From Nitrososphaeraceae archaeon (GTDB lineage: Archaea; Thermoproteota; Nitrososphaeria; Nitrososphaerales; Nitrososphaeraceae): DNA of 51,412 bases. This document shows positions 33,333 to 44,517 of the stretch, in pieces (positions within the stretch are counted from its first letter, which is position 1; each line of letters starts with the position of its first letter). Location: the NCBI GenBank assembly GCA_035297365.1, contig DATGZA010000031.1:1-51412 (forward strand). Reading direction: 5' to 3'. A program made the position numbers and the translations under genes. The notes below the pieces were generated by a model that had not been told where the DNA came from, made no database searches, and saw nothing but the letters and a program-made list of their open reading frames with translations.

Positions 33333-33854
33333 TTGCAACAGGATATCATCGGAAATTTGCTATGGAAGTGTGAATTAAATTTGCAAATAGATCTATATTC
33401 AATTTTATTGAGTTTGTTTTCAGGATTTGTTTCGACCGGAGCTATGACATTAATAGAAATCCCATTTTGGAAGAGATGGGGATTGACTGGTGTCCTAGAA
33501 TGGCATGAAAATCAGGTCTTAACATGCAAATTTTTTAGGCTTTCACTTAGGAGTCTTCATTTCTGGGGTATATTTCTGTTGCACTTTGTAAACGGAAGCC
33601 TTGGCGGATTGGGACTATTATTTGCTTTAATACTTGTTCCTTCTTTAAAAGAAATTCCTTTTATGGCATTGGGGGTATTTTACGGTTTTTTTCTATGGAT
33701 TCTTACTCTTCTTCCAATTCACAAGCCAATTACAGGAATAAATCCTTTGAACCATTCTTTGGGAAAAGGACCTGTTATAGTAAGTCTGATAGGCCATGGA
33801 ATCTATGGAATAATTCTGGCAACATTATTTATCGTAACCATTCATATAGAATGA
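33333..33854 (+). CDS. Four-TM membrane protein with conserved-looking His residues (start may be TTG 33381)
   Basis: TM helices, EWHENQ, LHFVNG, GHGIYG. Confidence 0.75.
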   Translation: MQQDIIGNLLWKCELNLQIDLYSILLSLFSGFVSTGAMTLIEIPFWKRWGLTGVLEWHENQVLTCKFFRLSLRSLHFWGIFLLHFVNGSLGGLGLLFALILVPSLKEIPFMALGVFYGFFLWILTLLPIHKPITGINPLNHSLGKGPVIVSLIGHGIYGIILATLFIVTIHIE

Positions 33855-34215
33855 AAAATTGTAGACAAAAGATACAATAGCAATAAAACTTCAATAATTT
33901 CAATGTCTGTTCTAATTTCGCCAAATTTATCGAGATATTTAAAATCAGTCGTTGACTCTAGACGGTTACGGGGATTGTAATACATTCTATCAAAATATTA
34001 TTAATTCTGGATCAACGATATTTACCGTCCAGTTTTAGATTTTGTCAATTTATACAGGGTTTGATTCAAATTTTTTTATAAATTAAAGAATTTTCATGGT
34101 TACCGTGGTTGCATTTTGGACAATAGAGATTGTTGTTATTACTTTTTATTTCAATTTTTTTCCTATATTTTCTTTTGAATATTTTGAATGTTGAATAACT
34201 ATTTATTCTCAGCAT

Positions 34216-34470
34216 TTAATCATCTATGATTCCATCAGAATCCATATCGGGATTGTTATTTTTATTTTCATAAATTAATATTGCTGTATAACTAGATTCA
34301 GAACCTGCCAAGTATTCTTCATTAGAATGTAGATGCGATTCATAATTGTATTTTATGTTGATATACTTGAATTGCTCTCCAAAACGATTTGTACGATTTT
34401 CAATCCAATTGTTTATCTTCTCTGTTAATTCAGATAGCAAAGGTGCTTCAAAATCCTTTAGTTTGATCAA
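34216..34470 (-). CDS. Cse60/DUF2758-like small protein
   Basis: IKLK.F......L...IN.W.....INIKY.....YTAILIYE pattern. Confidence 0.6.
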   Translation of the reverse strand: MIKLKDFEAPLLSELTEKINNWIENRTNRFGEQFKYINIKYNYESHLHSNEEYLAGSESSYTAILIYENKNNNPDMDSDGIIDD

Positions 34471-34616
34471 TATTACATTAGTATTAATAATAAAAGATAT
34501 TTTAATCCACTGCTTATTTGTATATTCTTTTTGAATCCTGATGAAATTAGAACAGTAGTAATAAAAAATAAAAAAAGAAAGCCAGATGCGATAATAGTTA
34601 AGAACGCGAAAATTAA

Positions 34617-34811
34617 GTGAACAACAAGATCAGTAATGATAATATTAATGATGACGATGTAGAATTAGAAAACAAAGAAAAAATTAAGCAGACAGCCAGA
34701 GTGAGTGTTTCTAAATATGTGACGTTTGTGAAGAGTAATAATAAAAATTTTAAGGTTGAATTCTTACATGAAACTCGAGGTATGACAATTTTCGGAATTA
34801 CATACAAATGA
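34617..34811 (+). CDS. Small hypothetical protein
   Basis: 64-aa ORF, acidic N-terminus, beta-like C-terminus. Confidence 0.45.
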   Translation: MNNKISNDNINDDDVELENKEKIKQTARVSVSKYVTFVKSNNKNFKVEFLHETRGMTIFGITYK

Positions 34812-35246
34812 CCTGACACGGTTTTATTATTCATTATTTTCATTAATTTATTATGAGAAATACGACTATAGATATCGGTATAGTAATAGAATAATTATTA
34901 ATTTCACAAGTCAAAAAAAAGAAAACAGAATACTCTTATTATCTTTCTTCATCTGTCAGTGCGTGAATCAATAACTTTCAATTCCTTAAAATTATAATAT
35001 TCTTTTTCTAATTTTTTACCTTTTGAACAAGATTTACAATTCACAACAATTGATTTGAATGGATCTCGATCAATGACTAGTGTGAATATGGAAGGAATAA
35101 TTGAATCCTCTTTACGATAAGGAGCTTCTTTTCCTCGCAATGAATGTTAATGGAAAGATAAAAGTGATGAATTTTGAGCAAATAAAAAAGTAATGCTTAT
35201 TGAGTTGAATAGAAAGGTTTTTGCCAACTTGTTCTAAAATAATTTA

Positions 35247-36092
35247 ATGAAATATTACCTGGGCTGTTCTGGATGGAGTTATGATGAATGGAAGGGAAGG
35301 TTCTACCCAGAGCATTTGGAAAAAAAATATTGGCTTTCATACTATTCCCAAATATTCAATTTTGTTGAAATAGAGTCTACATTTTACAAAATTCCATCAC
35401 ACTTAATAGTACAAAGATGGATGATGGAAACACCGAATGACTTTAAGTTTGCTGTTAAATTTCCAAAAATGATTACACATAACAGTCATCTATCAGACTT
35501 GCGGCAAATCATGCGAAAGTTCTATAACGTAATGAGACCATTAAAAAACAAGATTCTCTCATTTCTAATACAGTTGCCTCCATGGCTAGACGTGTTAGAA
35601 GGGATTAATTTTTTAAATTCGCTGGATGTGCTATTAGACAAGTCCTTTAGATATGCTATAGAAGTTAGACATCCAAGCTGGTTTAATGACGTTTCCTACA
35701 ACTATTTAAAAAGCCACGATTATTGTCTGGTTTGGAGTCAACATGATAAATTGGCCACACCTCCAATCATTACATCAGATTTTGTATATATGAGATTGAT
35801 AGGAAATAGAAGTTTTGATGACAAGAATTTTGGAAAAATAGTTTTTGATAGAACAGCAGAAATGGAAGTATGGTCAAAGATATTGTTGGTTATTCAAAAT
35901 AAGGTAACAACCGTGAGTATGGCTATAGTATCTGCTAACAATTACTATTCAGGTTTTGGTCCAGCTTCTGCTAAATCAATGACTGAATTGATGAAGCTAG
36001 GACAAACAATGACCTTTCCGATTACAAACTATAAACTTTCAATCGGTGATTTAGAAGATAAGAAAGATAAAAATTTGAGATTGGATAACTAA
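35247..36092 (+). CDS. DUF72 (YecE-like) TIM-barrel protein
   Basis: GCSGWSY..W.G.FYP, VEI.STFY, F.F.VK.P..ITH, QLPP, EVRH.SW, Y.RL.G, NN.Y.G. Confidence 0.94.
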   Translation: MKYYLGCSGWSYDEWKGRFYPEHLEKKYWLSYYSQIFNFVEIESTFYKIPSHLIVQRWMMETPNDFKFAVKFPKMITHNSHLSDLRQIMRKFYNVMRPLKNKILSFLIQLPPWLDVLEGINFLNSLDVLLDKSFRYAIEVRHPSWFNDVSYNYLKSHDYCLVWSQHDKLATPPIITSDFVYMRLIGNRSFDDKNFGKIVFDRTAEMEVWSKILLVIQNKVTTVSMAIVSANNYYSGFGPASAKSMTELMKLGQTMTFPITNYKLSIGDLEDKKDKNLRLDN

Positions 36093-36181
36093 AATAGAAG
36101 ACAATATCCTAGTCTATCCCGAATTCTATTGTATAATGTTTATGCTTGATAAATAAGTCAAAACTTCTTTTTTAATATCAT

Positions 36182-36400
36182 CTACTCCTTCCTTAGTAAT
36201 GAGACTTTATTATTGATGTCCTCTGATGAAACTGAAGGCATAAACTCCAATTTCTGGGTTTCATAGGTTCCTATAACTGGTTCATTACACGATGGACACA
36301 GCTGATAATATACATAAATAGAGTTTTGTCTTTTATTGAACCCTAAAAAATGAAAACCCATTTATGGATGAAAATGATTGTCACATGATAAACATTTCAT
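36182..36400 (-). pseudogene. Small zinc-ribbon protein with one in-frame stop
   Basis: MKCLSCDNHFHP*MGFHF...QLCPSCNEPVIG; TAA at 36362-36364 separates the two CxxC pairs. Confidence 0.65.
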
Positions 36401-37269
36401 ATCAAGAAAAAGTCTCCTTGTAAATATATTTGTTAGAAATTTTTAGACGGTATATCAGATCTCTTGCATAATTAGAAAGCTTAAATCTAATCCCCTTCTC
36501 TGCCACAATTCTTTATAGATTTGCTTAATTACATTAGATAATTTGCAAACCCCTTATCCTTTGGGCCATTTAATGAACTGGAATTATCTGAATCTGATTC
36601 TTTTTGGAACGAAAGATTAATCAAAATATACAAAATATGGTAAGACGTTTATCCAAAAGAGAGAAGAGGATGATAAATGAACGAGATGGAACACATTTCA
36701 AACATTTAGAAAAACATAGATGTCTTATGCATGTTATATATTACAAATCAGATTATACAATAAATAACTAATTCATTATCAGGAATTTCCTTCAAATATG
36801 AAGGCGATGTATATAGAGATATACAATAACTTAAAGATCTAGTAAAGGCTGTATTCAGCTGCCATCTTACAAGAAGAAAATTGGTCTCTTCTATTTTTCT
36901 TTCGACTAAAAAACTAAGGTATAAGGTGTTTTTGGGATTTGACTGAGTTTATTCACAGATATGCAATTAACATCATACATCTGTAACAGTAGAAATTTCG
37001 ATAAGATTCGGTCTAACTTTCAAATTGTAAATGACTTGAATCTATGGTCGTTGAAAGGAAGCTATATTTAAGAGAACAATGCGTAAAATCCTATATTCAT
37101 ATAGAGATCAAGGAGGTTTGTCTCCCATAGATATACGATCAGAAATCATTATTTCAATTTTAAATTAAATATCGGATCATACAAATTAAAAATTTAGCTT
37201 CGAATATTACCAAATAAAGACTTTAAGATTGGTACACCATTTAAGTAAAACTAATATTCTATTTTTGTT

Positions 37270-38130
37270 ATGAATCATGAGAAAAAGGTTGCGATTATTA
37301 CAGGTAGTTCAACCGGTATAGGTTATGAGACTTCCCTCTATATGGCAAGAAATGGCTTTAAAACCTATGCAACTATGAGGAATTTAGAGAAAGCTAAAGG
37401 ATTAATGGAGATCAAAGATAATGAAAAACTTCCGATTGAGATAATCAAGTTAGACGTGAATTGTGACGACTCCGTAAACGAATCAATAAAGAAGATTATA
37501 GATCAAAATGATAGAATCGATGTATTAGTGAACAACGCAGGCTATGACGTAGCAGGGGCCCTTGAAGAACTCACATTAACAGAATTCAAAGCACAGTTTG
37601 AAACTAACTTTTTTGGGGTTATAAGGGTCATCAAGGAAGTGGTTCCAATTATGCGAAAACAAAATCACGGTACTATAGTAAATATTAGTTCAATAGGAGG
37701 AAAAGTTGGCGTTCCACTTAATTCTGCATATATTGCAAGTAAATTTGCATTGGAAGGATTGTCAGATTCTATAAGATTTGAATTGCAAGAATTTGGTATA
37801 AATATCATTCTTATAGAACCTGGTGTGGTGAGATCAAATTTTTTCGAAAATGTCAGCATGGCAACAAATGCTTCACCCCATTCACCGTATTACGAATTAA
37901 CCCAAAAGGTTTTCAGTGGATTTGTACCTCTAATGGGAGACACATCATCTTCTCCAAAACAAGTTGCTGAAACTATCTTAGAGGCAGTTACAACAAATAA
38001 TCCACAAATAAGATATGTTGTAGGAAAAGACGCGATTTCCATACTTGAAAACAGGAAAAAATTGTCTGATAGAGATTTTGAAAAATGGATGATGGAGAGC
38101 CTCGTTGATCAAAAGGGATTTGTAAGATAA
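37270..38130 (+). CDS. Classical short-chain dehydrogenase/reductase
   Basis: TGSSTGIG, NNAG, YIASK, IEPG. Confidence 0.95.
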   Translation: MNHEKKVAIITGSSTGIGYETSLYMARNGFKTYATMRNLEKAKGLMEIKDNEKLPIEIIKLDVNCDDSVNESIKKIIDQNDRIDVLVNNAGYDVAGALEELTLTEFKAQFETNFFGVIRVIKEVVPIMRKQNHGTIVNISSIGGKVGVPLNSAYIASKFALEGLSDSIRFELQEFGINIILIEPGVVRSNFFENVSMATNASPHSPYYELTQKVFSGFVPLMGDTSSSPKQVAETILEAVTTNNPQIRYVVGKDAISILENRKKLSDRDFEKWMMESLVDQKGFVR

Positions 38131-38254
38131 TTTCAACAACCATTTTAAGTCTCATTTATATTAATCATAATAATTTTAAGATTGAAACGGAGTTTACCTA
38201 AAGTATAACTATAAAAATAACATATTTAATTGCTGAGATATCAAGAAGATTACA

Positions 38255-38773
38255 ATGGAAGAAAAATTCTTTTTTCAGGTTTTGGAAGAACGTAGGTCTG
38301 TAAGAAGTTTCAATAATACAGAAGTAGATAAGGCACTTATAAAAAAAATCATAGAAGTATGCGATTTGTCTCCATCAGCAGGGGGCTTACAAAGTTTTGA
38401 AATTTATAATGTAGACAATACAGGAGTTAAAAAACAGATTGTCAAAGCAGCGATGGACCAGGAGTTTATTGCAGAAGCACCTGTACTTTTAGTTTTTTGT
38501 GCTAATACCAGTCGCTCGAGCCAGTATGGAACAAAAGCGAAATTATTTTCAATACAAGATGCTACTATAGCCGCATCATATGCTCAATTAACAGCATCTG
38601 CACTAGGATTATCATCTGTATGGGTGGGAGCATTTAATGAACAGAAGGTATCAATAATCCTAGGGCTTTCCGACGATATTATTCCTATTACTTTACTTCC
38701 TATCGGCTACAAAAATGAAGAACCGCAAATGAAAATAACCAGGGGATCTCAAATATTTCATGAACTGAAATAG
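38255..38773 (+). CDS. Nitroreductase-family flavoprotein
   Basis: RRSVRSF, SPSAGGLQ, QDATIA, GLSSVWVGAF, PIGY. Confidence 0.93.
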   Translation: MEEKFFFQVLEERRSVRSFNNTEVDKALIKKIIEVCDLSPSAGGLQSFEIYNVDNTGVKKQIVKAAMDQEFIAEAPVLLVFCANTSRSSQYGTKAKLFSIQDATIAASYAQLTASALGLSSVWVGAFNEQKVSIILGLSDDIIPITLLPIGYKNEEPQMKITRGSQIFHELK

Positions 38774-39876
38774 TAAGTAAAAACAGGTCTTTTTATATTT
38801 TTTATAGATTTAATACCAATTACTAATCAACAGAAATGATATCAAATAAGGTTATATCCTGTACTTTTGAATACCTTCTTTTTGTCTCAATTTATTTATA
38901 CAAAAGTCAAATAGGGAAAAGATATCACATTGAGTATATTGACGCCTACAAACTTCAAAACTATGTACAATATCTTTAGTCTTTCTATTTTATTCTACGC
39001 TGGTTTCAGAATATTTACTTATTTACTCATTAGAGTAATTCCACAATTCCTATTTTCTACAAAAGATAAAAAAGACTTAAATGCGTAGAGGTTTCCAATA
39101 TAAAATACTTTTTATAAAAATCATATGTAACCAATCACAAGATTTAATTCATATGTTAAATTTCCTATCTTGATTAGGTCTTCATAATAGTATTCATGAT
39201 TTTTGAATAGTGATAATTATTAGGTCTACAAGATCCAAATATTGGTACCTTTGATACCTAACTGATAGGTTAAATAAAATATATATGTCAAATGTACTCT
39301 ATCTTTATTTTTTAGTTATCTGTTTTTTTTCTACTTGTCATTTGTTTTTTTATTGACTAATACATCATTAATATTTCAATTTTCTTCAAAGATATCATTT
39401 ATTATTAACCAAACTGCAAAGTTTTTAGGATTGGACATCTGTATGAATATCGTTCTTTTGACTAATTGATTACGAGTATTTATGTTTCTATCCACCGTAT
39501 ACCAATGTTTTTCGGCAAATTGTTCAAGAGAATAATCGAACATTGTTGTTTGATTTTGTTTTTGTATTCATAATAATTCTTGTGTCACCATACACATGTT
39601 AACGATCTTGCCTCTTCCGTTCCATTTTGTCAATTATTATAGATGAGACAAAGTTTCAAAATTTTTCCATTACCTTCCATTTTTGGGTTCAAATATACAC
39701 AATAACTCACCTTTAGCATTTTCTCTCGGAAACTACATTCGCGGTATTATCAGAAATGTGAATATTCCTTTCTAATTTTTTCCTAGTTAACATGATTACA
39801 TGGCATATGGGATAATTGTTACAAGGTCCAACTGCTCATAACTTTTTTATTACGATTAAAAAAAATTAACAAACAA

Positions 39877-40269
39877 ATGGTGAATAGTGAATTTCTTGAT
39901 ACTTTTGTTAAAAATTTGTTGAATGCTGACAAGTCAATCAGATGGATTGGTATAACCGATAAAAATGGTGTTTTTATAAATGAAAGATATCAAGATGGGA
40001 TAAGACCGCTCCTTAGCAGAGAAGAGAACCAAGAATCTGCAGTCAGTGCAATTAACAGACACAGAACGAGATTAAAATTTGAAGCAAAGATCGGTAAATT
40101 AACGTATGCGTTTGGAAAATATGAAAATTTATCTAGATCTATAATTCCACTAAGTGAAAATTATTATTTACTTGTAACTATCGATTCTAAGGAATCTAAC
40201 TACGATAAAATAATAATGGAAAAAATTATTCCTATAGTTCAAAGAGATATAGAGAGATTTATCGTTTAA
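39877..40269 (+). CDS. DUF6659 / Roadblock-like Thaumarchaeal protein
   Basis: IRWIGI.DKNG, LLSREE, R..FE..IG...Y....YE, LLVTID. Confidence 0.75.
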   Translation: MVNSEFLDTFVKNLLNADKSIRWIGITDKNGVFINERYQDGIRPLLSREENQESAVSAINRHRTRLKFEAKIGKLTYAFGKYENLSRSIIPLSENYYLLVTIDSKESNYDKIIMEKIIPIVQRDIERFIV

Positions 40270-40637
40270 TAAAATACGGTTAATTGCTTAATAATTAGGA
40301 AATATTTTTATGATTTGCGAATCATCAAGAAAGATAGCATCTCTAAAAACAAGAAATAGGATGCTGGTTTTGGTCATATGATATATTGAGTATGAGAATA
40401 AGTGATGAAACAAAAAAATAACTGAATATGCGTGAGAATCGAGTATCAGAGATGAGATTGAAATTTCTATGAAATATGTTGTAAAATTCTTGATGAATCG
40501 GAATTTATTGAAGACATGTACGTATTAATTTGTAAGTCTACATTTTGTCGTTTTAGCAGTAATCAAAATCTTGATCAAAAATCAAATCTGAGAGGGAGCT
40601 ATAGTAATATTAGCCTAATCCTAAAATACAAGTAGAA

Positions 40638-41957
40638 TTGTCGGTTTCAACGCTATTAGCTCCTTTAAATCCATTTTGTCTTTATGCAGATTTTACAATC
40701 AAGTCATTTAATTTTCAAACACAGTATTGGTTATCTTTAATTAATTCTTGCGCGAGAGCTATGGAGTCTATTTCTGACTTTTATGAAGCGTCAGGTGAAA
40801 CAATGCAAAATAAATTTCGAGGCACATTTGATAGTGAATTAAAAAACATGTTAAAAAGCCCAGAATTTTGTAATTCGTTATCAGAGTTTATGGGATCGTA
40901 TGTGGAATTTGCACCATTACTCCATCACGATAGATCATATAGATTTCTTGAATCATTTATGAATAATTTAGATCCCATGGCAGAACCAATACGTGACGTT
41001 GCTAATAGGACAGTGTCTGAAGTAATTCCGATGGGGGGCAGATTCGAGGTTCATCATTACAAGAAAACATCACGAAACAAATTCAAGACTCCATTACTGT
41101 TCGTAGGGTCTTTAATAAACAGACATTATATTCTGGATTTGATGCCAGAGACTAGTATAATTAGATATTTCCAACAACTTGGGTTTGATGTATATGCTAC
41201 CGATTGGAAAATGCCCAAGGTTAGGGATGAAAATATGTCTCTTGAAAGCTATATACATCATTATCTTGAAAATGCAGTCGACAAAGTAAAAGAGATGACA
41301 GGCTCTAGAAACGTAACTTTATTCGGGTACTGTTGGGGAGGGATTCTGTCTTTAATCTATTCTGCATTACATCCTGAAAACGTAAAAAATATGATATTGC
41401 ATGCAACTCCAACCGACTTTGGTAAATCTCCTACTGTATTAGAATCATGGATAAAAAGTGTAGACATTAAAAGATTTGTACAGATTTTCGGAAATGTGCC
41501 ATCATTTTTTCTTAATATTGCATTCTTAATGCGTAATCCATTAGAGGCTGCATTAAAGTATCAATTTTATTTTAGCAAACCTAGAAGCATAAAAGAAATC
41601 AGGCAGTTTATAGCGGTAGAATCTTGGCTTTATGACAGTGTTCCGATAATTGGTAAGGTATTTGAGCAAATCATCAACGATATTTACAAAGACAATCTTT
41701 TAATTCAAAATAAAATGATGCTTGGAAAAGACCTAGTTGATCTGAAAAAAATTACTATGCCTGTATTGAACATAGTTGGAACCAGAGATGATCTAGTATC
41801 GGCAGAGTCTAGCAGAACAATCACTGATGTGATTTCAACCAAAGACAAAAAAACATTGGAATTTCCAACTGGACATGTGGGATTGTGCATTAGCCGTAGT
41901 GCACACAAAAACCTGTGGCCGGAAGTCGGAAAATGGCTCACAGAGCATTCGGTATGA
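40638..41957 (+). CDS. phaC: Class III polyhydroxyalkanoate synthase PhaC with an N-terminal extension
   Basis: TPLL.V.SLINR.YILDL, GFDVY..DW, lipase box GYCWGG, catalytic Asp (DDLV) and His (GHVG). Confidence 0.9.
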   Translation: MSVSTLLAPLNPFCLYADFTIKSFNFQTQYWLSLINSCARAMESISDFYEASGETMQNKFRGTFDSELKNMLKSPEFCNSLSEFMGSYVEFAPLLHHDRSYRFLESFMNNLDPMAEPIRDVANRTVSEVIPMGGRFEVHHYKKTSRNKFKTPLLFVGSLINRHYILDLMPETSIIRYFQQLGFDVYATDWKMPKVRDENMSLESYIHHYLENAVDKVKEMTGSRNVTLFGYCWGGILSLIYSALHPENVKNMILHATPTDFGKSPTVLESWIKSVDIKRFVQIFGNVPSFFLNIAFLMRNPLEAALKYQFYFSKPRSIKEIRQFIAVESWLYDSVPIIGKVFEQIINDIYKDNLLIQNKMMLGKDLVDLKKITMPVLNIVGTRDDLVSAESSRTITDVISTKDKKTLEFPTGHVGLCISRSAHKNLWPEVGKWLTEHSV

Positions 41958-42286
41958 AAAAAACATTCATAGAATTTAAAACCAGAATAGTCATCATATT
42001 TTGAAAAAAATTCTAATTCTACCTCAAGACCCAATTCTAAAGCGAGATTTGAAATAAAAATGATATCTCAAAAAAGGGTATGTATGGCAGTTCAAATTAA
42101 TCCTAAATCTGCCATGCAGTTTAGTATAATGTCTATATGTTTAAGAATAATACAAATTGTTGTATTTAGGGCAGATAATAGATTTACTTACTAACACGTA
42201 TCTTCCTAAAAAATACTAGCTACAAATAATTTTATCTATATTATATATCCTAAACTGTTATAAACTATCATACCTTAACTTCTTTA

Positions 42287-42817
42287 ATGAAAATAGTTCT
42301 AGCAATTACAACAACCTTGACTTTCCTTGTAGCAATGGGTATTATTGGTATCAACAATAATAATAATAGTAATACATGGAATGCGTTTGCTCAAGTAGAT
42401 CCAGAAAATCCTCCGATGATGGATGAAGGTACTGCGATGACAATGTCTAATCAATCTGAACCCAAGATGATGAATTGGACGGGAACAGTAAACGTAGAGT
42501 CCACTATAGTGGAAGCATTCAAATCTAAAATAAAAGTTGACATTATTGAAGCAATAAAAGCAGCCCAAGGAAGCGTGGGATTAAATTCTACTGTAAAGGA
42601 AGCAGAGTTAACACATGCACATAACTATCTGATCTACAAGATGACAGTCATAGATGAAGACATGAAGAAGTATAAAGTCATAGTAGATCCTGGAAATGGA
42701 AAAGTTTTGCTGAAGAAGGAAATTACATGGTATGATGAACACAAAATGAACTATTGTGAAGACAAGGGCGACAAGTACGGATACGACTATAATCCGATGA
42801 AAGATAAGAAATATTAG
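42287..42817 (+). CDS. Secreted PepSY-domain protein
   Basis: Signal peptide ending AFAQ; I.EAI..A, AEL, Y....V.VDPGNGKVL. Confidence 0.85.
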   Translation: MKIVLAITTTLTFLVAMGIIGINNNNNSNTWNAFAQVDPENPPMMDEGTAMTMSNQSEPKMMNWTGTVNVESTIVEAFKSKIKVDIIEAIKAAQGSVGLNSTVKEAELTHAHNYLIYKMTVIDEDMKKYKVIVDPGNGKVLLKKEITWYDEHKMNYCEDKGDKYGYDYNPMKDKKY

Positions 42818-43329
42818 GTAATATAATAGCGTTTATTCAATATTTCTTTTTCTTTTTTTTTTAAATAACAGTACTTATCCCAGGTAATAATTCTCTCTCC
42901 AGAGAAATAGAGTATTTAACCAATTAGAATAATACAAAAAAAGAAAAATAAAATTTCGGTTTTATTATCCCTATCTTAATAGCTCAACTAAGCCCAAACT
43001 TGCCGAGTAATTTAGAATTATCTACATATCCCAATAGGAATATTTTCCCCATCGAATAAATGTTAAGCGCCTCTAGTCTTTTTCGTTACTAGCTTGTATA
43101 CCAAATCCGTTAAGTGTTAGCCGCCTTCCTCAATATTGTCCGCTCAAACATTAGAACTTAATTTGTTACTGTACTTAAATTATAAAAAATCCACTATCAT
43201 AACTTCATATTTAAAAAGCTCAACCATTCTCTTTTATTTAGCTTTTATTATTTAGAAATTTATTTAAATTATATAAATATAAAAAATAAAGATTCGTTAA
43301 GAAATCAAAACAATATTTGAAAAATACTG

Positions 43330-43670
43330 TTATAGAGGATTAACAAGGATTATTACTCCGGGAGTACTATCATCAAAGTTTACCACATACATTCTCTCAT
43401 TTACTAGGTCATAAGCTACACCAACTGTATTACCTCCCAATCTAGTTATAACATATTGTTACTTTACATCTTGTTTGTGGAGGACCAACTCTTGTCTGAC
43501 CGTTCTCATTCTAACTGATACATGTGTTTACCAAGTTCTTTGTGAAGTTTATTCTGTCCCCCAAGACCGTAGGTATTTTGAGTATTTATTTGGTACTGTC
43601 TGCTCATTTTCTGGTTATGCTGCTGTCAACATATCACTGGGTCCTTAAGGTATCTCCGCAATATCTATTC
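43330..43670 (-). pseudogene. Decayed secreted surface protein ending in a YVTN-type propeller repeat
   Basis: Fragments GIDIAEIP*, RINFTKNLVNTCIS*NENGQ and GVAYDLVNERMYVVN across frameshifts. Confidence 0.6.
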
Positions 43671-43968
43671 CTTATGACTAGTACCTTCAGGTCCAGTACA
43701 TCCTTCTTAATCTTTTTATATATCATAAAAATAAAATGGCTGGAATAGTGAGCTAATTTTTTATTATGTTTTTTTATCAAATCTATGATACTTTTTGTCC
43801 CTTCATTGAGATCACATTATAATCGGATGCGGTTCAAATCATTGGGAAAGTCTGATTGGCTTTTAAATTTAGATTTCATGATTTGTAATACTAAAAAACT
43901 GACTATTATATGATATGCTAGGTTAATGTATATAACAGAGTATTCACAAATTATTAGTGTATCATATA

Positions 43969-44517
43969 ATGACATCATCTGTAGAAGAGAGCAATACCAA
44001 GGTAGAGGATATAATGTCTACGAATGTTGTTTCTTTAGATGTATCAAAAGTAGCATCTCACGCAGCGGATTTGATGACCGAGAAAAAGATAGGTAGTATT
44101 GTTATAACTAAAAATAACAAACCGTTTGGAATAATTACCGAACGAAATCTTGTAAGAAGATATGCTCGTGATACACCTCTTGGTGATTTGGCTTCCCATC
44201 CACTCATTACAGCAGACCGCAGTACAACAGTTGAAAAAGTAGCAAAAATCATGTTAAAAAATGGAATCAGAAAGATTCCAATTGTCGACCAAAATAATGA
44301 TTTAGTAGGCATAATAACAACAACTGACTTAGTAATGTTTCTTTTGCCTAAAATAAAATCAGATTTGGCTTCTTCCATATTGCGAACGGCCACTAGAGGA
44401 AAGGGTCCTGCATGTGATTCATGTAACACCTCAATTGAAATACAGTGGTGTGATAGTTGTGGCAGGTTTATGTGTTTAAGTTGTGAAGACGCGGTGCATA
44501 CTGTAGATTTACCCTAG
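43969..44517 (+). CDS. CBS-pair protein with a C-terminal B-box-like zinc finger
   Basis: V.DIMS, IGSIVI, GIITERN, IRKIPIVD, GIITTTD; tail C-x2-C-x8-C-x2-C-x4-C-x2-C-x4-H. Confidence 0.88.
   Translation: MTSSVEESNTKVEDIMSTNVVSLDVSKVASHAADLMTEKKIGSIVITKNNKPFGIITERNLVRRYARDTPLGDLASHPLITADRSTTVEKVAKIMLKNGIRKIPIVDQNNDLVGIITTTDLVMFLLPKIKSDLASSILRTATRGKGPACDSCNTSIEIQWCDSCGRFMCLSCEDAVHTVDLP

Noticed and set aside
2660-44429. Short ORFs antisense to or nested in ligD, the kinase, corA, USP, the Rieske fusion, SDR, phaC, PepSY and CBS genes
   Set aside because: Shadow frames of well-supported genes
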